A stretch of 44,929 nucleotides of DNA from an uncultured archaeon (GTDB lineage Archaea; Altiarchaeota; Altiarchaeia; IMC4; SCGC-AAA252-I15), in NCBI GenBank assembly GCA_902384455.1, contig CABMCB010000090.1:1-44929 (forward strand). The letters run 5' to 3'. The notes beneath the pieces were generated by a model that was given only the letters and a program-made list of their open reading frames with translations, ran no database searches and was not told the DNA's origin. The position numbers and the translations under genes are program-made. Positions 9,563 through 18,769 of the stretch are shown in pieces (position 1 is the first letter of the stretch; every line of letters begins with the position of its first letter).

Positions 9563-10276
9563 ATGGCCGTAAGCCCACAGAAAACAGCGGATTCACTGAC
9601 AGCAGACTACGGCAGCTACGTTCACCCCAACAAGAATAAAGACAGCCCGTTCTCCGCGCTCCTTGTTGGAGTGCCGGGAGCCGGCAAAAGCTTTGTAATA
9701 AAAAAACTCGCTGAAACCCACCCGGAACACAACGCAGTCATACTAAACATAGGCGACTTAATGTACGAGCTCGCATTAAGCAAGTACTCCGGCGTAATCA
9801 CAAACCGCGACGACATGCGAAACAAACTAACGCAGACCCAGCAGGAAACCCTCAGAGACGAAGCAATAAAGAACGTCGCCCAAAAAACCCAGCAAAAAGG
9901 CGCAACATACTTCATAGACACCCACCTCACAGTCGAAAACCCCGCCGGATACCTAGGCGGAGTACCGCCCGCATTCTTCAACACACTCAAACCAGACTTC
10001 ATACTGCTAGTCGAAGACACACCCGACGCCATAAGCAGACGACGCACAAAAGACAACAACGCAGGAAAAAGGGTCAGAGACCCCAACCAAAACAAAATAG
10101 ACCACCACCAACGCCTCAACCGACTAGTCGCCGAAAAAATAACATCCAACGCAAACATACCCCTACTAATAACAGGATACAGCCCCGACGGAGACGAAGG
10201 CGCCAAAAAAGACGCACAAACAATCCACAAATTCCTAAAAGAAAACGCAACAAAAATGCGGCAAACAACAAATTAA
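9563..10276 (+). CDS. adkA: Archaeal-type adenylate kinase with an N-terminal extension
   Basis: P-loop GVPGAGKS, NIGDLMYE, RDDMR, IDTH, GYLGG, RRTKD..RVRD, HQRLNR. Confidence 0.85.
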   Translation: MAVSPQKTADSLTADYGSYVHPNKNKDSPFSALLVGVPGAGKSFVIKKLAETHPEHNAVILNIGDLMYELALSKYSGVITNRDDMRNKLTQTQQETLRDEAIKNVAQKTQQKGATYFIDTHLTVENPAGYLGGVPPAFFNTLKPDFILLVEDTPDAISRRRTKDNNAGKRVRDPNQNKIDHHQRLNRLVAEKITSNANIPLLITGYSPDGDEGAKKDAQTIHKFLKENATKMRQTTN

Positions 10277-10302
10277 TACACAAACAAAACCAAATACCAC
10301 CC

Positions 10303-11241
10303 ATGACATTCGACGCCACCTCATTCTGCCAAAAAGCAACCGCCGACATAAAGAAAAAAATCGGCGACAAAAAAACAGTCATAGGCCTATCCGGAGGAGT
10401 AGACTCAAGTGTGGCCGCAATACTAACCCACAAGGCAATAGGAGACAACCTCATAAGCGTATTCGTAGACACAGGATTCATGCGCAAAAACGAAGCCGAA
10501 GAAATACGCCAAATATTCGAAGGCAAATACAACCTAAACCTCAGAATCATCGACGCGGAAGAAGAATTCATGAAAAAACTCAAAGGCAAATCAGACCCCG
10601 AAGAAAAAAGAAAAATAATCGGCCACCACTTCATCACCGTCTTCCAAAGGGAAGCCGAAAAAATCGGCGCCCAAGCCCTAGTCCAAGGAACAATAGCCCC
10701 AGACTGGATCGAAACAGGAGGAGGAATCAAAAGCCACCACAACGTCACACTCCCCTCAGGCATGGTACTTACCGTCGTAGAGCCGCTGCGCGACCTATAC
10801 AAAGACGAAGTCCGCGAAGTAGCCCGCCACCTCAAACTACCCCCAGAAATAAGCGAACGAATGCCCTTCCCAGGACCCGGACTAGCAGTCCGAGTAGTCG
10901 GAGAAATCACCCAGGAACGCGTCAACGTAGTCCGAGAAGCAGACTACATCGTCAAAGAAGAAATCAAAAAAGCAGGCATACAAAGCTGGCAAGCATTCGC
11001 CGCATTACTCCCCGGCCGCGTCACAGGCGTAAAAGGAGACAGCCGAGACTACGGATACATAATTGCCATCCGCATAGTAGAAAGCCTGGACGCAATGACC
11101 GCCAACACCAAACAAATAGACCCCCAAGTATGGAAGACGCTACGCAAAATAGCAGACAGAATACCCCGCGAAATACCCCAAGTCACACGCGTACTATACG
11201 ACCTCACAAACAAGCCGCCAGCCACAATAGAATTCGAATAA
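10303..11241 (+). CDS. guaAB: GMP synthase subunit B (ATP pyrophosphatase)
   Basis: SGGVDS, DTGFMRKNE, DPEEKRKIIG, IKSHHNV, PFPGPGLAVR, KPPATIEFE. No glutaminase domain. Confidence 0.95.
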   Translation: MTFDATSFCQKATADIKKKIGDKKTVIGLSGGVDSSVAAILTHKAIGDNLISVFVDTGFMRKNEAEEIRQIFEGKYNLNLRIIDAEEEFMKKLKGKSDPEEKRKIIGHHFITVFQREAEKIGAQALVQGTIAPDWIETGGGIKSHHNVTLPSGMVLTVVEPLRDLYKDEVREVARHLKLPPEISERMPFPGPGLAVRVVGEITQERVNVVREADYIVKEEIKKAGIQSWQAFAALLPGRVTGVKGDSRDYGYIIAIRIVESLDAMTANTKQIDPQVWKTLRKIADRIPREIPQVTRVLYDLTNKPPATIEFE

Positions 11242-11271
11242 AAAACAACAAAAGACGGCCGCCACCACGCT

Positions 11272-11279
11272 CTTTTATC
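11272..11279 (+). promoter_or_regulatory. Putative archaeal TATA box CTTTTATC
   Basis: Begins 29 nt before ATG 11301. The same octamer is at 20058 before ATG 20086, and CTTTTACT is at 9533 before ATG 9563. Confidence 0.55.
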
Positions 11280-11300
11280 CCCCACCGCCATTAAAATAAC

Positions 11301-11678
11301 ATGGGCAGGCAAATAACCCAAAAAACAGCGTTCGCCCTAATTCTCCTGTCGTCTGCCGCAACCGCAATACCCTTCCCCAACAACCAAAACGACGTATGGA
11401 TGTGGGTGCAGTCGATGTCGCAAAAATTCACCGGAAACCTACTGTGCCTAGCAGCAGGAGCCGCAGTACCATTCCTAGTCGGCCTCATAGCGTGGGGCGG
11501 ATTCATATGGCTTATGGGCGCAGACGACCCCAACCAACGCCTCATGGGCAAAAGAATAGTAAAAGACGCAGTCATAGGAGCAGCATTGATTCAGGGGCTG
11601 CTGCTGTTCGCCAACGCCCTAATACCCGGATTAACCCTCTCATTCACAGGATGCCTATCGACACCCGGACTATTCTAA
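11301..11678 (+). CDS. TrbC/VirB2-like pilin-type membrane protein
   Basis: Signal peptide, then a helical hairpin (LIAWGGFIWLMGADDPNQRLMGKRIVKDAVIGAALI) flanked by two Cys. Confidence 0.65.
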   Translation: MGRQITQKTAFALILLSSAATAIPFPNNQNDVWMWVQSMSQKFTGNLLCLAAGAAVPFLVGLIAWGGFIWLMGADDPNQRLMGKRIVKDAVIGAALIQGLLLFANALIPGLTLSFTGCLSTPGLF

Positions 11679-11689
11679 CCGCCTTAACC

Positions 11690-12607
11690 ATGCAAAAAAA
11701 GTTAGCTGCCATTGTGCTGATATTTCTTCTACATGAATCCGCAGCCCAGCAACAACCATTAACCGCAACGATAGAACTCACATTCCACAGCGACCTAATA
11801 GAAATAGCCACAATCAAAAGCATCGCAGTCTCACAAAAACCGCTAACACCCCCGCCTACGCCCGGCCCGTACTCCCTGGTAATATACGACGACAAAAACA
11901 ACGAAATCCAAAACATCCAATTCTCAGTCGACTACACCGAAGTCAAAGACTCGCAGGGACTCACAGTGCAAATACCCCGCACATTCACCCTACCCTACAC
12001 AGACAAATGGCACCACATAGAAATCAAAAAACAACAACAAACACTCGCCACACAACAAATAGCAACAAAACTATGCAACTTCGACAACCTATGCAACAAC
12101 CTCGAAAACCACCTAACCTGCCAAAAAGACTGCACCCAATCAAGCCCAGACGGACTATGCGAAACAATAAAAGACGGCACCTGCGACCCAGACTGCACAC
12201 CCCAAGAAGACCCTGACTGCCTAGTTCAACGCGCCAGATGCGGCGACGGAACATGCAACCCGCCTAGAGAGAACATAACCTCCTGCCCCCAAGACTGCGC
12301 AACCACCACAACCACTACTACAACCACCACTACCATCACATACACCCCAACGAGCACAACAGAAAACACCGCAACTAACCCCACAACAACAATCGAAACA
12401 GCCCGTTGCGGAGACGGAACCTGCGACTCAGACGAAACACCCCAAACGTGCCCACAAGACTGCACTCAAAACCAGCAGTCAAACTCGCCAGCACTCCCGC
12501 TGTCCGACATGCTGATGGGAAAAACGGCGTCGCCCTACCCTATAATCCTGCTTATGATAGGACTGTCCAGTATAATATACCTGATATACAGAATGAAATC
12601 AGGTTGA
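11690..12607 (+). CDS. Membrane-anchored surface protein with Cys-rich CGDGxC..ExxxxCPxDC repeats and a Thr-rich stalk
   Basis: Signal peptide MQKKLAAIVLIFLL, about four Cys modules, poly-Thr, C-terminal TM helix. Confidence 0.75.
   Translation: MQKKLAAIVLIFLLHESAAQQQPLTATIELTFHSDLIEIATIKSIAVSQKPLTPPPTPGPYSLVIYDDKNNEIQNIQFSVDYTEVKDSQGLTVQIPRTFTLPYTDKWHHIEIKKQQQTLATQQIATKLCNFDNLCNNLENHLTCQKDCTQSSPDGLCETIKDGTCDPDCTPQEDPDCLVQRARCGDGTCNPPRENITSCPQDCATTTTTTTTTTTITYTPTSTTENTATNPTTTIETARCGDGTCDSDETPQTCPQDCTQNQQSNSPALPLSDMLMGKTASPYPIILLMIGLSSIIYLIYRMKSG
12301..12400 (+). repeat. ACN-codon low-complexity tract encoding the poly-Thr stalk
   Basis: accaccacaaccactactacaaccaccactacc..., lying between two ARCGDGTC modules. 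Confidence 0.7.
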
Positions 12608-12656
12608 CAACAAAACTAATTTAAGCCCCCGCCCGCCAAAATAAAAAAAAGACACA

Positions 12657-13265
12657 ATGGAACCCACAACCCTCATAATAGGAATAACAATCCTTTTTGC
12701 CGTACTATCATACGTCCTAATACCCCCGTTCTCAACACCCTTACTTGACATCTACTACGGCCTCACCACAATACTTTTTTCCACATTCAGAAAAAACGAC
12801 AAAATATCCTTATACGACGAAAAAGGCGCAGTAAGCTTCTCCGGTTACGTGGAAAAAACAGGCTTAACGACGACAATACTTGTTGACGAAGGCAACTACC
12901 GCTACGTAATACCCAACTCCCTCATATACAAGAAAGCATTCGGAAACGATCACGCCAAAGAAAACGAAATAAGGAAATACATCAGCTTCGAACTCAAATA
13001 CTTCGAAGAACTAGACAAAGCCAAGCAGATTCTCACTGACGAAGCGGAAAAGCAAAAAGACCGGATGACCCAAAGCAAATACACAATCAAAGTGGGCGCA
13101 GTAGCACCAAACAAACTTGAAATCCGACTATACTACTGGAGCACAACAAAAAACACCACGTTTTTGGGCGCAGACCTTAAGGAAGGAATAATCAGAAAAT
13201 TCACTCAAGAAAAAATAGACTTAGGAAACATACCCAAACCCAAAGAAGACCGAGGATACGCATAA
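12657..13265 (+). CDS. MscS-family mechanosensitive channel (short)
   Basis: GLTTILFSTFRKNDKI, GYVEKTGLTTT, YVIPNS, C-terminal alpha/beta domain. Confidence 0.75.
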   Translation: MEPTTLIIGITILFAVLSYVLIPPFSTPLLDIYYGLTTILFSTFRKNDKISLYDEKGAVSFSGYVEKTGLTTTILVDEGNYRYVIPNSLIYKKAFGNDHAKENEIRKYISFELKYFEELDKAKQILTDEAEKQKDRMTQSKYTIKVGAVAPNKLEIRLYYWSTTKNTTFLGADLKEGIIRKFTQEKIDLGNIPKPKEDRGYA

Positions 13266-13330
13266 AAACAAATCTCCCAAACACTTTTAACCATCAACCT
13301 CCATAAAACAAAAACCAAAAAACAAAGAAA

Positions 13331-13404
13331 GGGCCCATGGTCTAGCTGGTTATGACGTCGCCTTTACGAGGCGAAAACCGCCGGTTCGAATCCGGCTGGG
13401 CCCA
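13331..13404 (+). tRNA. tRNA-Val (anticodon TAC), no intron, CCA not encoded
   Basis: Acceptor GGGCCCA/TGGGCCC, anticodon arm TCGCC-TTTACGA-GGCGA, T arm GCCGG-TTCGAAT-CCGGC, TATA-like CTTTTAAC upstream. Confidence 0.95.
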
Positions 13405-13422
13405 TATCCCATTCGCCGTTAG

Positions 13423-13430
13423 TTTTTTTT
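13423..13430 (+). terminator. Oligo-T tract after the tRNA
   Basis: T8 about 19 nt downstream of the tRNA, typical of archaeal termination signals. Confidence 0.45.
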
Positions 13431-13749
13431 ACGCCGTTTGTGTCGTCTTGTTTTTCGCCTCAATCATTGAGACTGCGGCTACGAGTATTGCCCATGTTGC
13501 TATGCATGCGATTGTCATTCCTGCGCCGACAGTCAAAATCTCGTGGAGCATTGCTGAGGAGTCTGTCGTTGCGGTCAGAAACGGCGGTGAAAGGATTATT
13601 TCCCCGTGGGCGATGTGTTCAATCATCAGGCCGGCTGTTCCTCCCCAGAGCATTGTGTTCAGCCATTTGATGTGGTATTTTTCAGGTGTCTTTTTTCCAA
13701 GTAGTGTCGTTGAGACTGCTGTCGCCGCCGGTGCAATAAAGCAAGCCAT
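13429..13749 (-). CDS. Small 3-TM hypothetical membrane protein
   Basis: MACFIAPA..MLWGG..EHIAHGE..PPFLTA..HE. Paralog of the adjacent gene. Confidence 0.7.
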   Translation of the reverse strand: MACFIAPAATAVSTTLLGKKTPEKYHIKWLNTMLWGGTAGLMIEHIAHGEIILSPPFLTATTDSSAMLHEILTVGAGMTIACIATWAILVAAVSMIEAKNKTTQTA

Positions 13750-13754
13750 TTTTT

Positions 13755-14045
13755 TTACCTCGTTGAGATTTCTCCTCTAAGTGTTGACGTTGCGAGCATG
13801 ATTCCCCAGACGGCAAACACCGGCGCAAGCATCGCAATCCCTAATAGTGTGCCGTTTTGTATTAAGCCGGTTGTTTGCGTTTGAATGAAGGGTCCTCCGT
13901 TGTACCCTAATACGTGGTCCATGAGCACCATTATTGTGAGCCCCCAAAGCATAAGTGTGAGGGAGTCCAGTCTGTATTTCTTTGGGGAGATGGCCCATGT
14001 TGCGGTGACTATCGATGCCGCCGCAAAAGACGTTATCAACCACAT
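13755..14045 (-). CDS. Small 3-TM hypothetical membrane protein
   Basis: PKKYRLDSLTLMLWG..MDH..GPF aligns with PEKYHIKWLNTMLWG..IEH..PPF. GGAGTGA RBS. Confidence 0.7.
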   Translation of the reverse strand: MWLITSFAAASIVTATWAISPKKYRLDSLTLMLWGLTIMVLMDHVLGYNGGPFIQTQTTGLIQNGTLLGIAMLAPVFAVWGIMLATSTLRGEISTR

Positions 14046-14106
14046 GACTGTTCACTCCGAGTTTATTTCGTGATATTCACAAATAGAGGGGGGAGACATA
14101 AAAACG

Positions 14107-14538
14107 ATGGTAGATTCTCATGGCGATAAAGAGCAGTATCGCAACCCTAAGTTGACTGTTGACGGAATAGTCTTTCTAACACCTGAAACAGTAGTTCTTG
14201 TCCGAAGGAAGTTCGACCCGTTTAAGGGGATGTGGGCTTTGCCTGGCGGATTCGTGGAGTACGGCGAAAAGGTGGAGGACGCGTGCGTCAGGGAAGTCAA
14301 GGAGGAGACCGGGTTGAATGTTGAAATAGAATGTCTTTTGGACGTCTACAGCGAACCCCGCCGCGACCCCCGCCACCACTCGGTAACAGTCGTATACGTC
14401 TGCAAAGTAATATCCGGGAAACTGAATGCTGGCGACGACGCAGAAGACGTCAAATCATATCCATTAAACAACCTACCTCTAATGGCGTTCGACCACGGAA
14501 AAATACTCAAGGATGCCGTAAGAAGAAAGCCGCGGTAG
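14107..14538 (+). CDS. NUDIX hydrolase
   Basis: Nudix box GGFVEYGEKVEDACVREVKEETGL, RDPR, AGDDA, AFDH. Confidence 0.92.
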   Translation: MVDSHGDKEQYRNPKLTVDGIVFLTPETVVLVRRKFDPFKGMWALPGGFVEYGEKVEDACVREVKEETGLNVEIECLLDVYSEPRRDPRHHSVTVVYVCKVISGKLNAGDDAEDVKSYPLNNLPLMAFDHGKILKDAVRRKPR

Positions 14539-15252
14539 ATGGCTTGCAGGCCGTTTTTTTTTTGTTGAACGCTGTTGTTTTTTTTTTTTAACCCTGTTCG
14601 TCTTCAGGATTTGGAAGCATTCAGAGTACCCGCCTTTCCCCATCATTATGCCTCTGTATTTGTTTAAGCTTTTTGCCGCCTCATCATACCGGTGGTTTTG
14701 AATCTGGGATTTATGCTCTATTATCGCGGCTAATTTTCTGTCGATTGTTTCTGTTATATCCTCCACGTATGTCACATCCCTCAGTGGAGTCCAGACTTCG
14801 TAGCATAGTACGGAGTCGACTTTCCACGGCTTCCCGTTGCACTCCTGAAACCAAAGGCATCCCGCTCTCTCTACTGCATCAGAAGCCAATTCAAACGTCT
14901 TCGTGTGGTCCCTGTGGGATTCGTCCTTATGCGGGATATAAACTAAGTTGGGTTTTTTCCTCCTGATAAGACTTATGATGTTGACGAAATTATCTTTCTT
15001 GTATTCGAGATACCCGTCAGGATTCCTAAGGAAAACAAGTTCCTTCACGCCAAGTATCCTCCCGGCGTTTTTAGCCTCCTCTTCTCTGATTCTACCCAGA
15101 GCTTTTTTAGAAACCCGCAGGCTCCCTGCATCGCCAGACGTCATATAAACTATGGTGACATCGTCTCCTTTTTTCACATGGTTTATTATGCTTCCCCCGC
15201 AGCCAATCACACCGTCATCCGGATGCGGCGAAAAAACCATGATTCTAGCCAT
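14479..15252 (-). CDS. PIG-L/LmbE-family deacetylase
   Basis: SPHPDD..GCGG, R..E, HRDH, YE, HKSQ motifs. The C-terminal tail overlaps the NUDIX gene. Confidence 0.85.
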   Translation of the reverse strand: MARIMVFSPHPDDGVIGCGGSIINHVKKGDDVTIVYMTSGDAGSLRVSKKALGRIREEEAKNAGRILGVKELVFLRNPDGYLEYKKDNFVNIISLIRRKKPNLVYIPHKDESHRDHTKTFELASDAVERAGCLWFQECNGKPWKVDSVLCYEVWTPLRDVTYVEDITETIDRKLAAIIEHKSQIQNHRYDEAAKSLNKYRGIMMGKGGYSECFQILKTNRVKKKKQQRSTKKKRPASHLPRLSSYGILEYFSVVERH

Positions 15253-15322
15253 AAACCAATACCTTAGGGATACTCATATAAATTCCGTCCTGCTCGTAAG
15301 ACAAGGCGCGCATTCCCAAAAA

Positions 15323-17416
15323 CTATCCCCCCTGCGCAAGAATAACGCGGACATCCACAGCAACGCACCCTCTACCCCCCGCAGGAAACACTTTGACCGG
15401 ATTGACGTCCAACTCCAGTACCTGCGGGAAGTCGGAGGCCAGCCGGGAAATCTTAGTTAGCACGTCAACAAGAGCGTCGATGTCTGAAGGCGGCTCTCCT
15501 CTGACGCCCTTAAGTATCCGGCTCCCCCTGATTTCATCAACCATATCTCTCGCGTCTGACTCGGAGAAAGGCGCAATCCTGAATGAAACGTCCTTAAGCA
15601 CCTCAACGTACGTTCCGCCCAAACCGAACATCACAAGGGGGCCGACGTGCGGGTCGCGGCTTACTCCTACGATGACTTCTTTTCCTTCTTGAATCATTTC
15701 CTGCACCAAAACCCCTTGGACTTGGGCTGAAGGCAGATAGTTGCGGGCGTTAAGCACTATGCGGTCAAAGGTGTCTTCCACTCTGTCCAAGCTTACGTTG
15801 ACCGCCACCCCTCCGACATCTGACTTGTGGATTATCTCCGGCGAAACAATCTTCATCACAACCGGGCCGCCGATGGAGTCCGCCATTTTTTTGGCTTCGG
15901 CTGCGGTTTGTGCGAGCTTCATTTTTGGGGTTTCTATTCCGTATAGCGATAGTACGTCGAATGCTTCCGGTCCCATTACTACGTCGCCTCTTTTTCTGCA
16001 GGCGGAAATGATTTTTTCCGCCTTGTCTTTGTTTTGGCAGGCTGGTGCGGGTTTTCCTGGTTCGCGCCTGCGCAGCATGTCGTATTTGACCATGGCCATC
16101 AGGCTTTTTGCGGCGGTTGAGGGGAATTCGTAGTTGGGTATCTGGTGTTCCCTAAGGTACGTTTCGCCGGGGGCAATCAGCGCGCCTCCCATAAATGATG
16201 CGATGACCGTCTTCTTGCTTTTGGATGCGGCTTCAGAAACCTGCTTCGCCGTCTCCTCCACCTTAGTCATCATCTGAGGCGTCAAAATCACTATGACTGC
16301 GTCCACTCCTTCGTCCTTAAGGACTGTGTCTAAAGCGAACCTGTACCTTTCGGGCGCGGCGTCCCCCAACACGTCCACGGGGTTGTGGAAGTTGGCGGCG
16401 GGCGGAAGATTCTTCTGAAGCCGATTGATAGTTTCAGCTGAAAAGGAGGCAAGAGACAAGCCCGCAGTCTCCAATGCGTCTGTCGCAAGAATACCCGGAC
16501 CACCGGCGTTTGTGACTACCGCGACTTTGCCGCCTTTAGGCATCGGCTGCATGCTAAACGCCTTACTCCAAGCAAACAATTCCTCCTCAGTATCCGCCCT
16601 AAGCACGCCAGACTGCCGGAATGCTGCCTCATAAGCGGCATCCGCCCCAGCCAAAGCCCCGGTATGGCTTGCCGCAGCCTTCATTCCAGACTCTGTACGG
16701 CCTGCTTTGAGGACTATGAGCGGCTTTTTCTTTATGAGGCTTCTTGCGTTTTTCATGAATGCGCCGCCGTCTATAAGCCCTTCAAGGTAGGCGAGCACTA
16801 CGCGGGTGTTTTTGTCCGCTTCAAACATCTCTAGGAAGTCGTTTTCATTCAGGTCCGCCTTGTTGCCTAAAGAGACGAATTTGGAGAAACCCAAACCCTC
16901 TTTACCCGCCCAATCCAGTATCGCGCTGCATAAAGCCCCCGACTGGCTCATGAACGCAACGTTCCCTCTGCGGGCTGCGACAGACGCGAATGTTGCGTTA
17001 ATCGGAGTGGACGTATCTATGACGCCCAAGCAGTTAGGCCCAAGAACTCGAATCCCATATTTCTTGGCTACCATTAGAACTTCCTCCTCAGCAGTCAAAC
17101 CTTGAGGGCCCATCTCCTTGAACCCCGCCGAAATGACAATCACAGCCTTAATTCCCTTCCTACCGCACTCATCGATGACTACCGCCACCGCAGACGCAGG
17201 GACGGCTACCACCGCGAGGTCCACGTCGCCCTTAATGTCGGAAACGCTCTTGAAACTCGGCAACCCCAGAATGTCCTCCCCAGCAGGATTAACAGGGTAA
17301 ATACGGCCAGTAAACGTCTTTTTTATGTTGAAAAGAAGGGCGTAACCTACTTTTTCAGGGTGGCCGGAGGCGCCAATCACCGCCACTGACCGCGGGGAAA
17401 ACAAGCTGTCGCTCAT
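15323..17416 (-). CDS. acd: Acetate--CoA ligase (ADP-forming), fused alpha-beta
   Basis: SVAVIGAS, GPNCLG, SQSGAL, SHTGALAG phospho-His, TNAGGPG, HKSDVGGV ATP-grasp, LDVNP. Confidence 0.93.
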   Translation of the reverse strand: MSDSLFSPRSVAVIGASGHPEKVGYALLFNIKKTFTGRIYPVNPAGEDILGLPSFKSVSDIKGDVDLAVVAVPASAVAVVIDECGRKGIKAVIVISAGFKEMGPQGLTAEEEVLMVAKKYGIRVLGPNCLGVIDTSTPINATFASVAARRGNVAFMSQSGALCSAILDWAGKEGLGFSKFVSLGNKADLNENDFLEMFEADKNTRVVLAYLEGLIDGGAFMKNARSLIKKKPLIVLKAGRTESGMKAAASHTGALAGADAAYEAAFRQSGVLRADTEEELFAWSKAFSMQPMPKGGKVAVVTNAGGPGILATDALETAGLSLASFSAETINRLQKNLPPAANFHNPVDVLGDAAPERYRFALDTVLKDEGVDAVIVILTPQMMTKVEETAKQVSEAASKSKKTVIASFMGGALIAPGETYLREHQIPNYEFPSTAAKSLMAMVKYDMLRRREPGKPAPACQNKDKAEKIISACRKRGDVVMGPEAFDVLSLYGIETPKMKLAQTAAEAKKMADSIGGPVVMKIVSPEIIHKSDVGGVAVNVSLDRVEDTFDRIVLNARNYLPSAQVQGVLVQEMIQEGKEVIVGVSRDPHVGPLVMFGLGGTYVEVLKDVSFRIAPFSESDARDMVDEIRGSRILKGVRGEPPSDIDALVDVLTKISRLASDFPQVLELDVNPVKVFPAGGRGCVAVDVRVILAQGG

Positions 17417-17545
17417 GCCTACTTTACTTTCTTCCGGCAAGGTATAAAATCCGAGAACATGGGGAATTCACTTTTCCCCCTCTAAGAAGGTTATTAAGGG
17501 CGCGCAGTAATATGATTAAGGGGTTGGTGCTGATTTACACATCTA

Positions 17546-18262
17546 ATGGAAAAACTAGACTCCCTAATTGAGACGCCGGACTTGACTTGGCGCGACATCC
17601 TGCTTGAAGTCCTCAAGGGGATGGACCCATGGAACATAGACTTGGGCGAAGTGGCAAGCGAATACGCAGGCAAAGTCAAGCAGATGAAAGAAATGAACTT
17701 CCGCATACCGGCAAACGTCGTACTTGTCACAAGCGTCCTGCTTAGAATGAAAGCAGACCTAATGAACCAGAAAGAAACAGACCCCTTCGTAGTCTGCGCC
17801 GAATCAATACAATTCCTCTTCGCAAACCCCTACGAAGAATACCAGATGATGCAGGCCGCAGGAATAGACCCCGACGTTCCATTGCTCGTTAAGCCCCAGA
17901 GGGTGCTTAAGCGCCGCGTCACCGCTATGGAACTGATTGAGGCCATCCAGAAGGCTCTTGAGGAGAGGCAGGCTAAGAAGGGTCGCATCCGCGAGTCTCT
18001 CACTGAGAACGGCGAAAGGATACTTGTGATTGAGACTCGGATGAACATCAAGGAAGCCATTGAAGAGCTTCACATTAGGGTGCTGGAACTCTTAATCAAC
18101 CGCGAATACGCCTTTTTTTCCGAAGTAGCCAAAACAAAAGAAGACGTGATATCCTACTTCATCCCCCTGCTGCACCTGTCCCACCAGCAGAGGCTTACGC
18201 TATCCCAAGAGAAAATATACGACGAAATACTCATCCGCCAGGTAGCAAACCCAGAAAAATAA
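17546..18262 (+). CDS. scpA: Segregation and condensation protein A (kleisin)
   Basis: MDPWNIDL, SVLLRMKA, RRVTAMELIEAI, FIPLLHL..LSQE. Confidence 0.88.
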   Translation: MEKLDSLIETPDLTWRDILLEVLKGMDPWNIDLGEVASEYAGKVKQMKEMNFRIPANVVLVTSVLLRMKADLMNQKETDPFVVCAESIQFLFANPYEEYQMMQAAGIDPDVPLLVKPQRVLKRRVTAMELIEAIQKALEERQAKKGRIRESLTENGERILVIETRMNIKEAIEELHIRVLELLINREYAFFSEVAKTKEDVISYFIPLLHLSHQQRLTLSQEKIYDEILIRQVANPEK

Positions 18263-18328
18263 TCTCCAAAGCATTTTTTTACTCCCAACTCATATAACAC
18301 CCCATCAAAATCAAAACCGGTGAACAAC

Positions 18329-18769
18329 ATGCCAATAAGCAACTACCGCATATCAAAAATAGACGGACTAAGAAAGGACCTTAAAATAAAGAGCGTAGAA
18401 GTCAACGCCAACTCCTCAATAATATCAGTGGAAAAAGGACATGACAGCGCAATCGGCGACTACCTCGACGTAGCCTTCACATACACAGTAGACTACAAAC
18501 CAGACATAGGACACCTGCACATAGACGGAAACCTATGGTGGCACCACGACGACTTCAAAAAGCTGATAACAGACTTAGGCGACAAAATAGAGCTGCAAAA
18601 CGAAGCAATAACCGAAATAAGCACGGCAATCATAAGAGAAAGCATGATAGAAGCCCTAATGTACGCCAGACGCCTAAGCATACCCGCACCCCTACGGCTG
18701 CCTGAAGTCAGCGTAAAAGCCAAATCCCTCCAATTCAAGAAACCCAAAAAAGCAGAAAAAGCAGGCTAA
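18329..18769 (+). CDS. Conserved archaeal hypothetical protein
   Basis: Beta-rich N-terminal half (FTYTVDYKPDIGHLHIDG) and RRLSIPAPLRLP. Own TATA-like element upstream. Confidence 0.7.
   Translation: MPISNYRISKIDGLRKDLKIKSVEVNANSSIISVEKGHDSAIGDYLDVAFTYTVDYKPDIGHLHIDGNLWWHHDDFKKLITDLGDKIELQNEAITEISTAIIRESMIEALMYARRLSIPAPLRLPEVSVKAKSLQFKKPKKAEKAG

Noticed and set aside
9622-10925. Long antisense ORFs opposite adk and guaAB (and similar ones opposite acd, psmA and rrp41)
   Set aside because: They mirror well-supported genes and carry no motifs.
12230-12470. CRISPR-like or DGR-like repeat
   Set aside because: These are two diverged in-frame copies of a Cys module. There are no spacers, cas genes or reverse transcriptase.
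13352-13780. 142-aa ORF starting inside the tRNA
   Set aside because: It overlaps tRNA-Val and the antisense membrane-protein gene.
13331-15260. Integrated element at tRNA-Val
   Set aside because: I saw no integrase and no duplicated tRNA 3' end in the window.
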